Part shown: positions 24,718 through 32,446 of the stretch, piece after piece | How the letters are laid out: each line of letters begins with the position of its first letter | Numbering within the stretch: position 1 is the stretch's first letter | IMG/VR virus record: IMGVR_UViG_3300045941_000095 | Location: 1 to 34,503 of that record | Reading direction: 5' to 3' (one strand) | Source: a virus | Lineage: Duplodnaviria > Caudoviricetes | DNA: 34,503 bases | Translations under genes and position numbers: made by a program | The notes under the pieces: generated by a model | Database searches by the model: none | What the model was told of the DNA's origin: nothing | The model's input: the letters and a program-made list of their open reading frames with translations, nothing else

Positions 24718-25349
24718 TGGTACTCCCCCGACTCCAGCCCAGGCTCCATCGCGGTATTCACCCCAAACGCAAGGCGGTCAATTTGAGAGCGTTGGAGTTC
24801 GGCAAGACCATGCTTCTGGCGGAATCGCTCAACCCACACGCGGCTGCATTCGAGGCAATTGCGGCCTTTCCCGGTTTTCAGGTGGCCGCGCCGACAGTAA
24901 GGACTACGTGTGCGTCGAAGGTTCTCTTCGTGGGTAACTGCGTCCAAATGCCGTGGATTACAGCAAAGCTTGGAGGTGCAACCCTTCGCCTTGGAATGGT
25001 CGATAGTCATTCCCGCCGGGATGCTGCCGTGTTTTAATGCGTAGGCAACGCGATGGGGATAAACGGTCTGCTTGCCGATCTTAAAACTGCCGTACCGATA
25101 TTTGATCTCCTTACCATTGGTGCCGCCCCTCCACAGCCAGCACTCATCAGGCTCGCGGACATCGACATAGAACAAGAACCTGTCAATGTCGGACTCCGAC
25201 ATGGGAGGGATCTGTTTCGGCGCATTTGGTTTTATGTTGCAGTGCTTATTCGTGTCGAAGGTCGTCAAAGATGCATTATGCTCACTCTGTCCGCCATCCA
25301 AGCCGTTAATTCTGCTATTCGTATCAGTTAGTTCAGTCTGCAGTCCCAT
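24714..25349 (-). CDS. HNH endonuclease (putative homing); start uncertain
   Basis: ECWLWRG, YGSF, HRVAY, IDH....C....CCNPRHL..VT..EN and C.RGH motifs. Confidence 0.88.
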   Translation of the reverse strand: MGLQTELTDTNSRINGLDGGQSEHNASLTTFDTNKHCNIKPNAPKQIPPMSESDIDRFLFYVDVREPDECWLWRGGTNGKEIKYRYGSFKIGKQTVYPHRVAYALKHGSIPAGMTIDHSKAKGCTSKLCCNPRHLDAVTHEENLRRTRSPYCRRGHLKTGKGRNCLECSRVWVERFRQKHGLAELQRSQIDRLAFGVNTAMEPGLESGEYQ

Positions 25350-25391
25350 ACCGCCTCCGAGTGTAGGAATGTCGCATAACGCATTACACGG

Positions 25392-25673
25392 TTACACGAT
25401 GTAGAATTTGAGTTTCTTCGCCCGTTCGTCGTCGGCCCGTCGCTTGAACCACTGAAGCACCCAGGGCCGATCCATCCAGTCCTTGCTGGCTTCCTCGAAC
25501 GCTTCAAGGTCGGACAGCTTCCACATGACGCGCCCGCCGATTTTGATGCGGAGTTTCTGCATGGAAGCGTCGTGATAAGGCCACTGTCGGCTGACCCCGT
25601 AGCGTTCCGCAACCTGCTTGGCGTTCAGGAAGACTGGCTTCCCTTCCCCGCTCCCCTGCCCTGAATCGCTCAC
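25392..25673 (-). CDS. Excisionase/AlpA-like helix-turn-helix protein
   Basis: FLNAKQVAERYGVSRQW.Y and IKIGGRVMWKLSDLEAF; GTG start overlapping the upstream stop. Confidence 0.78.
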   Translation of the reverse strand: MSDSGQGSGEGKPVFLNAKQVAERYGVSRQWPYHDASMQKLRIKIGGRVMWKLSDLEAFEEASKDWMDRPWVLQWFKRRADDERAKKLKFYIV

Positions 25674-25900
25674 CGCGCCCTCAGTAGCCGTACCAGGCTC
25701 ATTGCCTCGCGCAGCAGGTAGCGCCCGCCCATGGCGCACGACAGCGCCCCGAGCACGAAGAAGAACTCGACAAGCAGGTCGGGCGTGGTTAGCGCCCAAT
25801 AGGAGAAGATGAGGAATCCGGCACCGAAGACCGACGCGCCGACAAAGGAACAAAAACACTCGACGCGGGCTTGAGCGCGGTCAAAGAAGTGTTCAGACAT
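25670..25900 (-). CDS. Small two-TM membrane protein
   Basis: Two hydrophobic segments; GGAGG RBS. Confidence 0.7.
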   Translation of the reverse strand: MSEHFFDRAQARVECFCSFVGASVFGAGFLIFSYWALTTPDLLVEFFFVLGALSCAMGGRYLLREAMSLVRLLRAR

Positions 25901-25914
25901 TTCAGCCTCCAGTC

Positions 25915-26118
25915 TCAGGCGATTTTGGATTCGGCGGCTCTGCTCAGTCCTTCCTTCAGGCGGTCAATCGTGCGGAGGGTAGGAGAGTGCAGGCCAGCGA
26001 ACATGTCATAGATAGAAGTCTTGTGAACTCCGGAAAACCTCGCCAGTTGCGGAACGCTCAATTTCTGGCGCTCCATCTTACGGCGAAGGCTGTCAATTTC
26101 TTGGCTCGGCGTCTTCAT
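25915..26118 (-). CDS. Cro-like XRE HTH regulator
   Basis: LSVPQLARFSGVHKTSIY....G..SPTLRTIDRL. Confidence 0.85.
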   Translation of the reverse strand: MKTPSQEIDSLRRKMERQKLSVPQLARFSGVHKTSIYDMFAGLHSPTLRTIDRLKEGLSRAAESKIA

Positions 26119-26122
26119 GTCA

Positions 26123-26157
26123 GGTAGCATCCTACCGAAGTAGGAACTATTCGTCCA
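26123..26157 (-). promoter_or_regulatory. Promoter with overlapping palindromic operator
   Basis: TGGACG-17-TAGGAT; palindrome TCCTAC-N4-GTAGGA at 26130-26145. Confidence 0.6.
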
Positions 26158-26278
26158 TAAGAAAATTCCCGAGTCGGTTTTAGGGGGCACCTTCGGACAA
26201 TGACCTTTTGTACGCTAACGTACGGTGACGGGGGTCCTATATCGGTGTATGATGCGCCACATTAAATCGTTTTAAGAT

Positions 26279-26494
26279 TTGAGGGGCAGGATGCGGAAAC
26301 TGGCGATGATGGTGTTGGCTGACCTGAAGGTAATTCAGGCGCAGGGATCTCCTGAAGATTTACAGCGGGTCCATGCTTATATGGAATTCGTGCGCGAAAC
26401 TATTGAGCTTCGAGGAGCGCGAGGAATTCGGAAACACTCTCAGCGGAATTCTGAACGATCCGCCGAGTCTTCGGATTCGACAATCCACGAATAA
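26279..26494 (+). CDS. Hypothetical protein convergent with and overlapping the repressor 3' end
   Basis: GTGACG-17-TATGAT at 26225-26253; GAGGGG before MRKLAM. Confidence 0.45.
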   Translation: MRGRMRKLAMMVLADLKVIQAQGSPEDLQRVHAYMEFVRETIELRGARGIRKHSQRNSERSAESSDSTIHE

Positions 26495-26849
26495 GGGACT
26501 CGATCCAGCGTGTTTCGTCCTTGTCAGTTAGTTTGATCGACGCTAATTCGGTGCGCGTAATGACATTAGAGAAAAATTCAGCCAAATTAGAATCACAGGC
26601 TGTCACGATCTGGTTCAGCGTATCGACGCCGGGAACCTGCTCGCCCTTTTCAATGTTACTAATGGTCTTCCAGGCGATTCCTACCTTATCCGCAAATTTC
26701 TCCTGACTCAAGCCGCCATGCGTCTCCGAGTAGATGATCCGCATGTGCTTGACCTCACGAGCAACGAACTGCCGTAACTTCTCGTCTACCATGGCCGCGA
26801 GATTCTCGTACAATTCGATAAATTTTGTCCTTGTCATAGACTTCAGCAT
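26400..26849 (-). CDS. CI-like XRE HTH repressor without S24 peptidase; start uncertain
   Basis: GLSQEKFADKVGIAWKTISNIEKG...PGVDTL. Confidence 0.88.
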   Translation of the reverse strand: MLKSMTRTKFIELYENLAAMVDEKLRQFVAREVKHMRIIYSETHGGLSQEKFADKVGIAWKTISNIEKGEQVPGVDTLNQIVTACDSNLAEFFSNVITRTELASIKLTDKDETRWIESLIRGLSNPKTRRIVQNSAESVSEFLALLEAQ

Positions 26850-26868
26850 CCGGTAGAATCCTTCCTAC
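26831..26868 (+). promoter_or_regulatory. Rightward early promoter with operator-like palindrome
   Basis: TTGTCA-17-TAGAAT (26831-26859); GTAGAA-N4-TCCTAC at 26853-26868. Confidence 0.6.
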
Positions 26869-27023
26869 ATTCTGACTAGTTTCCCACGGAAACAGGCAAA
26901 ATGGAATAAAGAAAGTGGTGGTTGGGTTCTGGCCTCGAAGTAGCCGCAACGCTCGCAGCGGCGAAAGTCGGCGGTCGAAAGACGTTAGTCCGAAGGCAGA
27001 AAACCTGACCATGGAGGAAAGCA

Positions 27024-27230
27024 ATGCGCCCCCTTGTAGACCGCGAAAGCGTGCTCTCGTGCCTGTGCCGTTTCGGCGGGCGCGGGCGATGCCCCGAAGA
27101 CTACCTGACCTGTGAGTACTGCGGGGACCGCTGCGATTCGCTGACCACAGTTGAGGATGCTGACGCGACGGTCGGGTATCGCGGCGAAATCGACGTGTGC
27201 CCGACGTGCTTAGAAAGGATAAGAGCATGA
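27024..27230 (+). CDS. Small zinc-finger protein
   Basis: GGAGG RBS; CEYC...CPTC. Confidence 0.7.
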   Translation: MRPLVDRESVLSCLCRFGGRGRCPEDYLTCEYCGDRCDSLTTVEDADATVGYRGEIDVCPTCLERIRA

Positions 27231-27538
27231 GTTACACGAAAGGTCCGTGGAAGGTGTGGCCATACAGCGGAGCCGATAAGTGGATTGAAATTGATGGCCC
27301 GGCCGTTCAGGTGGATTACGACGACGTAAATCATAAAGAACAAGCCGCCAACGCCCGCCTGATCGCCGCCGCTCCGGAACTGCTGGAGGCATGCGAGGTT
27401 GCCCTAGAGTCACTAAGGGCGTGGAACTCAATCGGACTCCCGCATGAGCATCAAAAAGCAGCGCGTGAGGCTTACGAAACATCGCCTGAGATTCAGCGGT
27501 TATTGAAGGCAATCGCCAAAGCGACGGGTGCCGCATGA
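27227..27538 (+). CDS. Conserved phage hypothetical protein
   Basis: TKGPW...ANARLIAAAPELLEA, a widespread phage motif. Confidence 0.8.
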   Translation: MSYTKGPWKVWPYSGADKWIEIDGPAVQVDYDDVNHKEQAANARLIAAAPELLEACEVALESLRAWNSIGLPHEHQKAAREAYETSPEIQRLLKAIAKATGAA

Positions 27539-27702
27539 TCTTCCACAACCAGGACATCGACCACGCCGGGCACCCCGTCATCCTTGAAGTGTGGTGCTGC
27601 GAATGCCGCGCCGAGACAGAGTGCGAAATTGTCGAGACGCCGCATTCTCGCGTTTTGATGTGCAAGCGATGCACGGAATATTTGAATCGGGAGGCCCTGT
27701 GA
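27535..27702 (+). CDS. Small zinc-ribbon protein, 55 aa
   Basis: Hand translation MIFHNQ...WCCEC...MCKRC...; ATGA overlap. Confidence 0.6.
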   Translation: MIFHNQDIDHAGHPVILEVWCCECRAETECEIVETPHSRVLMCKRCTEYLNREAL

Positions 27703-27710
27703 GACGACGG

Positions 27711-27971
27711 ATGACGTTTGGCGAGTTTTTGAAGTTGCTGCCGAAGACAAAGTGGACGCTCACAGACAGAGGGGAGATTGTCTGCAAAGGCGAAGACTGT
27801 CCGTTTCTTTTCGTGAGCGGACTAATTGGAGTCAGGCGGCACGATTTAGTAACTCTCGAAATGCTGCACCATCGAAGAAAGCTCTTCGCCGCTGCTGACA
27901 ATGACGAGGGCCATGATCCCGCCATCCGCCGCCGCCTGCTTGAGGCTTGCGGGCTGAAGGAGAAATCATGA
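27711..27971 (+). CDS. Hypothetical protein
   Basis: Start MTFGEF; ends IRRRLLEACGL. Confidence 0.6.
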   Translation: MTFGEFLKLLPKTKWTLTDRGEIVCKGEDCPFLFVSGLIGVRRHDLVTLEMLHHRRKLFAAADNDEGHDPAIRRRLLEACGLKEKS

Positions 27972-28150
27972 CCCCGCTGCGTGAAGTCGAGAACCGAGAC
28001 CTGCCAAACTTCACCGACTACCAGCAGGACCGCATCGAAGCTTTGAAGCGCAGGATCGCCGAGCAGGACTTGGACATCGCGTACCTGAATGCCGAGATCC
28101 TGAAATGGCAGCAAATTGCCGCCGACTTGAGAGAGGAGTATTGGAAATGA
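27968..28150 (+). CDS. Small coiled-coil protein
   Basis: AAGGAG RBS; ATGA overlaps. Confidence 0.65.
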   Translation: MTPLREVENRDLPNFTDYQQDRIEALKRRIAEQDLDIAYLNAEILKWQQIAADLREEYWK

Positions 28151-29088
28151 GTACCGCATTAACGGTTAATCCAAAGGCTGAAGCTATCGAGCGCGTTGTC
28201 ATTCAGGGGGATCTCGCCCGTCTCAATCCTGAAGAGCGCGTCAATTATTACCGGCTCGTCTGTGAGTCCGTAGGGCTCAACCCCCTGACGAAGCCTTTTG
28301 AATACATCACACTAAACGGCAAACTCACGCTGTACGCTCGCAAGGATGCAACCGATCAACTGCGAAACATCCACCAAGTCAGCGTCCGGATTGTTGGCCG
28401 CGAAGTCGTGGAGGGCTGCTATGTCGTCACGGCTCAGGCATCATTCCCGAGCGGTCGCGTGGACGAGAGCATTGGCGCCGTGCCTATCGAGAACCTGAAG
28501 GGCGAAAACCGCGCCAACGCGATGATGAAGTGCGAGACCAAGGCCAAGCGGCGCGTCACGCTGTCAGCCTGCGGCCTCGGGATGCTCGACGAAATGGAAA
28601 TTGAAACGATTCCATCGGCGCGTCAGGACATCCAGCGTACAACCGCGCCAATTCCGATATCTCGCAACCCCGCCATGGTGGCGGCTCCGGAAGGCGGCAC
28701 TAGTAAAGGGCAGGCTAACCCGGAGAAGGTTGCGGATAAACCGCAGGAGGGGGGCGTCTCTGCCGGGGCTCCGACCCCTCCAATGCGGGAGCGTCAGCCA
28801 GGGGAAGACGATGAACCGCCGGACGCGCTGATTGATGCCCTAGAGAAGAGCATCACACTAAAGACCATCGCGGATGATCCGGGCATGATTGCAAATTTCG
28901 CCAAGTCGTTCAGGGAGGCGCTGCCAAAGCATTTACAGAAACAGCCAATTCAGGACGAATTAAGGCACAAGTGGCTGGCTGAACAATTTTTCATGGACAA
29001 GAATGGGAACCCATCATCGGAGTCGATTCCAAAACAGGAATTCAATAAGTGGAAAGCGCAGGCGTGTAAATGGGCGGCATCGCAGTAA
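28147..29088 (+). CDS. Single-strand annealing recombinase, RecT/Bet-like
   Basis: C...GLNPL.K, MMKCETKAKRR.TL..CGLG.LDE.E; flexible Pro-rich linker; upstream of the exonuclease. Confidence 0.75.
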   Translation: MSTALTVNPKAEAIERVVIQGDLARLNPEERVNYYRLVCESVGLNPLTKPFEYITLNGKLTLYARKDATDQLRNIHQVSVRIVGREVVEGCYVVTAQASFPSGRVDESIGAVPIENLKGENRANAMMKCETKAKRRVTLSACGLGMLDEMEIETIPSARQDIQRTTAPIPISRNPAMVAAPEGGTSKGQANPEKVADKPQEGGVSAGAPTPPMRERQPGEDDEPPDALIDALEKSITLKTIADDPGMIANFAKSFREALPKHLQKQPIQDELRHKWLAEQFFMDKNGNPSSESIPKQEFNKWKAQACKWAASQ

Positions 29089-29582
29089 CCTGCGGGTACT
29101 GTCGAAGTGAATTTAGGTCGCGGGAATTGACCAAACCTAAACGCTTCTGTTCCCATGAGTGCTATTGGTCATGGCATCGCGGCCTGAACCATAAGCGATG
29201 GAAGGGCTATCCGAAATATTTGCACTCTTCAAGGATGCTGTCTGCTCTCCATAAGGCTCCACCGGAGCATAGATTCATTGCTGAAAAGGCCCTAGGTAGG
29301 CCACTACCTTCCGGAGCCGTAGTCCACCATGTAAATGGAATCAAATCCGACAATCGAAATTGCAATTTAGTGATTTGCGAGAATGAAAAATACCATCGCC
29401 TACTACATGCGAGGCAGCGTGTTATTGACGCCGGGGGCGATCCTGGCAATCAAAAAATATGCTGTAAGTGTGGGGTCCTTAAGCCGCTAATTGCATTCGA
29501 CCGGAATCGCCAAGACTGGAGTGGGCATCATCCATCCTGCAAGACGTGCAGAAAGGCTGAAAATTATGGCCGACCAAGATAG
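29070..29582 (+). CDS. HNH endonuclease (putative homing)
   Basis: EHR.IAEK.LGRPL....VVHHVNG.K.DNR..NL and H..LH; flanking zinc fingers. Confidence 0.9.
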   Translation: MGGIAVTCGYCRSEFRSRELTKPKRFCSHECYWSWHRGLNHKRWKGYPKYLHSSRMLSALHKAPPEHRFIAEKALGRPLPSGAVVHHVNGIKSDNRNCNLVICENEKYHRLLHARQRVIDAGGDPGNQKICCKCGVLKPLIAFDRNRQDWSGHHPSCKTCRKAENYGRPR

Positions 29583-30180
29583 CTGCACCTGCGATGTCGT
29601 CTCCGAGACGATTCACCTCTGTAGCGAACATCACCGTTATTGGATCGGCGGCACCGAGCGCACATCCGTCAGTCGCGTCATGCGCGATGTCCTGCCGCCG
29701 ACGTATCCGCCCGGTATTGAAGATCGCGTGGAGAATGCTAGAGAGCGCGGTACAGCGGTCGATGCGCTTGTCTCGGCATACGTCACGGGCCAGCCGCTTG
29801 TTATTCCTGCGGGAATTCCCGTGAGCATGGAAGACGAGATTAAGTCACTCTTTGAGAAGTTTGCGGACTGGTGGGATAAGCAGGGGTTTAAGGATGTCTC
29901 ATCACAAAGAATTGTCCACGACGGAGAGATTGCAGGTGCCGTGGATCTCCATATTGATGGCGCGATCTTTGATGTCAAATGCACCTATGATTTGCTGCCG
30001 TCACATCGCCTTCAGGTCGCCGCCTATCTGGATCTCGATAAGAAGGCAGAGGGCGGAATGCTCATTCACCTGACAAAAAGATTCAAAGCTCCGAAGTTTG
30101 AGGCAATAACCATGACGGACGAGGCGGAATGGACCATAGTCCGCGATTTCTGGAGCCTGAAGAAAAGACTGTCTGCCTGA
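29566..30180 (+). CDS. PD-(D/E)xK exonuclease
   Basis: SVS.V, RGTAV, AG.VDL, IFDVK and LQVAAY motifs. Confidence 0.82.
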   Translation: MADQDSCTCDVVSETIHLCSEHHRYWIGGTERTSVSRVMRDVLPPTYPPGIEDRVENARERGTAVDALVSAYVTGQPLVIPAGIPVSMEDEIKSLFEKFADWWDKQGFKDVSSQRIVHDGEIAGAVDLHIDGAIFDVKCTYDLLPSHRLQVAAYLDLDKKAEGGMLIHLTKRFKAPKFEAITMTDEAEWTIVRDFWSLKKRLSA

Positions 30181-30297
30181 AGCGGCCCGGTCGGTGCGAC
30201 TAACACCAACCGGACCTGTTGCATAACCCGCGATTGCCCGCGAGTCAGCCGTGACCGAATTGTGGGCTTTCGCTTAACCAGAAAGCAAATGTTCACA

Positions 30298-30732
30298 ATG
30301 AAGAAACTATTGTTTGCTCTGTCTCTGCTGTTCGTTGTGGTTTTGAATGTTGCCGCCGCAGAAATTTATGAATGCCGCGCCAATGGAAGCATCGGAGAAG
30401 ATGACCCATACGGATGTATTGCCGCAAATTGGGTTGAAGTTGGAACAGGTAGTGCCTCAGCGTCAATAACATTTGATCCAGGACCAGGTTACGCAGCGCT
30501 TAATTTGTTTCATTCGCTAAACAACTGCACATGTTGTACGCGAACAACTTTTAGTCAAGCCGAAGGATCTTACGCGGGCGCGACACTACAAGTAAAAATT
30601 TACAATGATTATGGATTAGTTGCCCAGGCAACTAAAACGGCTAGTAATGCTTGGGGGACCTTCGGTGGAAGTAGTAGTTACAATCCTACTCTCCTAAATA
30701 TGATGGGGTGTGATCTTCCTGAAGTTGAGTAG
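30298..30732 (+). CDS. Secreted Cys-rich protein (moron-like)
   Basis: Signal peptide MKKLLFALSLLFVVVLNVAAA; 6 Cys; visibly more AT-rich than flanks. Confidence 0.75.
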   Translation: MKKLLFALSLLFVVVLNVAAAEIYECRANGSIGEDDPYGCIAANWVEVGTGSASASITFDPGPGYAALNLFHSLNNCTCCTRTTFSQAEGSYAGATLQVKIYNDYGLVAQATKTASNAWGTFGGSSSYNPTLLNMMGCDLPEVE

Positions 30733-30972
30733 TTAAGGGCGCGGCTTTTCTCCCTTCGGAAAGACCCATACTCCGACAACAATGCCGTTTCGTTTATGCG
30801 TAGAGCGCCGATAACATTTGCCTTGCCAGTCCCGAAAGGGAACGGACTCGTGAGAAAATGTTCCAGAAGTTTCGATATACGGCTGGCCGCAATCGAAGCG
30901 GTAATAATATAGATAGGCGACCCCGAAAACTGCTGGCGCGAGCAGCAGAGTAAGTTTGGCACGCTGCGACAT
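30733..30972 (-). CDS. Small membrane-anchored protein
   Basis: N-terminal TM, two Cys. Confidence 0.5.
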   Translation of the reverse strand: MSQRAKLTLLLAPAVFGVAYLYYYRFDCGQPYIETSGTFSHESVPFRDWQGKCYRRSTHKRNGIVVGVWVFPKGEKPRP

Positions 30973-31000
30973 TCGGGGAGCCTATCACAATAGGTGGCCT

Positions 31001-31276
31001 TCAGTGCTTCAGGTGGATGGCTTGGACGTTTCTGGCGATAAACCTGACCATGGCGCGGGCGATGGCAAGGTTCGCCCCTGTCGTTCGTTCAATTTCTTCA
31101 AGATAGTTGGCAGCGTCAAGCATTTCCTGGTGGAGTTCGCGGCACGGCTCCCCCTTGAATGACGCTGACGCATTACCGTTTCGGTGCTCCGTGATGCCGC
31201 GCTGCCACTTCAACCGGCGAGCGTCCTCGAAGTCCATGCTGATGTAATCGGGTTCGCTCGTCGGTTTCTTCGTCAT
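31001..31276 (-). CDS. MazG-like all-alpha nucleotide pyrophosphohydrolase-like protein
   Basis: K...G..EH and ELHQEMLDAANYL pattern; start uncertain. Confidence 0.55.
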   Translation of the reverse strand: MTKKPTSEPDYISMDFEDARRLKWQRGITEHRNGNASASFKGEPCRELHQEMLDAANYLEEIERTTGANLAIARAMVRFIARNVQAIHLKH

Positions 31277-31396
31277 CGCTATCCACGCCCAAAATTTCAT
31301 TGAGTAGAATAAAAAGGCCGGTTGAGATCCACATAGGCGCATCCCTCACGGCTCTGGTTGACCGCATCCCGCAGGAGTCGTCAGCGGGAATTCAGG

Positions 31397-31585
31397 CTAA
31401 AAGTAATCTTCGATCTTCTTTTTAAACTCTGGCGTTGCTACAACCTCATCCAGTAAATCGCCCGCCGCGCCAGTGATAGAAACGCCTCTCACTGTGGCGA
31501 GCACCGCCAGCATTGCCCGAGTCTTCGGGTTAATCAGCATGTTGACTGACAGAAGAACCTTATCCTTGGGTTGTTTTTCCTTCAT
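31397..31585 (-). CDS. Small ribbon-helix-helix-like DNA-binding protein
   Basis: Beta-like SVNMLI then helix...GVSI...helix; ATGA overlap. Confidence 0.5.
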   Translation of the reverse strand: MKEKQPKDKVLLSVNMLINPKTRAMLAVLATVRGVSITGAAGDLLDEVVATPEFKKKIEDYF

Positions 31586-32406
31586 ACAGACACCCTGATC
31601 CGAAAGGGATGGTCTTGCTCCAGCCCGAGATTGATTTGCACCACAGCCGAATTGCAGGCGGACGGAGGCAAGCTGGCCTGCTCCGCATAGTTGCCCCTAG
31701 TAATTCCGGCAACGCGATGCCCGACCACAGCGGACTTCGAGAAGCCCGCACAGTTCACTAAAAACACGTCCCGGTGTTCAAGTTTCATGCGCTTATAGAC
31801 GGGATACGGGCGCGACAGTCGAGCGCCAGCGTTCTTACAGTTATGTCCCATCATGTAAACCTCGGAGCCGGGGAAGCCTGCCGACAGGTGGTAAAGCTTG
31901 TTCAGTCCGGCGCCGGGAAGCACGCCGCCGCCATTCCCGTGCAGGTGGAAGAAGCTCGCCGCCGCCTGCGGAACGTGCGCGAGTCCGGTCGTCCCGATGA
32001 ACAGGTCTTCACTGCCGAGCAGCTTGCAGAGTTCCTGATCGGAGGTCCTTCCGCCGTATTCGTTGTAATGGTGGCCTTCGCCAAGGGCTATCCAGCGGCC
32101 CTTCGTATGCTTTAAATGCTTCTCGAAGAGTTCGGCATTAAGTTCGAGGCACTTATTCCAAAGTACCTCCATGGCCGTGTCATAGATACCGGAGGCTGCG
32201 ATTTTCCGGCGATTGGAAGGTGAGAGCGGGTCGATGTAATCACCGAGACCGATGTAGTAGGCCCCCATAGAGCCCGAGTAGTCAATGAAGCGCGAGAGTT
32301 GATCGTTGGCTGTGATTCCATTCTTGCCGGTCCATTGGATGTCTCCAATACCGGCAACGGTGAAGACTTTCTGGTTCTTGGGGATGCGGAAGGTTCTTAA
32401 TTCCAC
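31582..32406 (-). CDS. Calcineurin-like metallophosphoesterase (divergent)
   Basis: GD.Q, GLGDYID, EGHH, HG and MGH.C in the order of the five metallophosphoesterase motifs. Confidence 0.72.
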   Translation of the reverse strand: MELRTFRIPKNQKVFTVAGIGDIQWTGKNGITANDQLSRFIDYSGSMGAYYIGLGDYIDPLSPSNRRKIAASGIYDTAMEVLWNKCLELNAELFEKHLKHTKGRWIALGEGHHYNEYGGRTSDQELCKLLGSEDLFIGTTGLAHVPQAAASFFHLHGNGGGVLPGAGLNKLYHLSAGFPGSEVYMMGHNCKNAGARLSRPYPVYKRMKLEHRDVFLVNCAGFSKSAVVGHRVAGITRGNYAEQASLPPSACNSAVVQINLGLEQDHPFRIRVSV

Positions 32407-32446
32407 AGTGGTAACAGTTCCATTCAGGCCGCCTCCTTGGGTTTAG

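Noticed and set aside
29566-30180. Cas4 or CRISPR association
   Set aside because: No C-terminal Fe-S cysteine cluster; the context is a recombinase-exonuclease pair
31310-31395. Fluoride riboswitch or hammerhead (GCTGACGACTCCTGC; CTGACGA)
   Set aside because: The 5' fluoride stem and the hammerhead GAAA core are absent; only a simple TCCCGC/GCGGGA hairpin is supported
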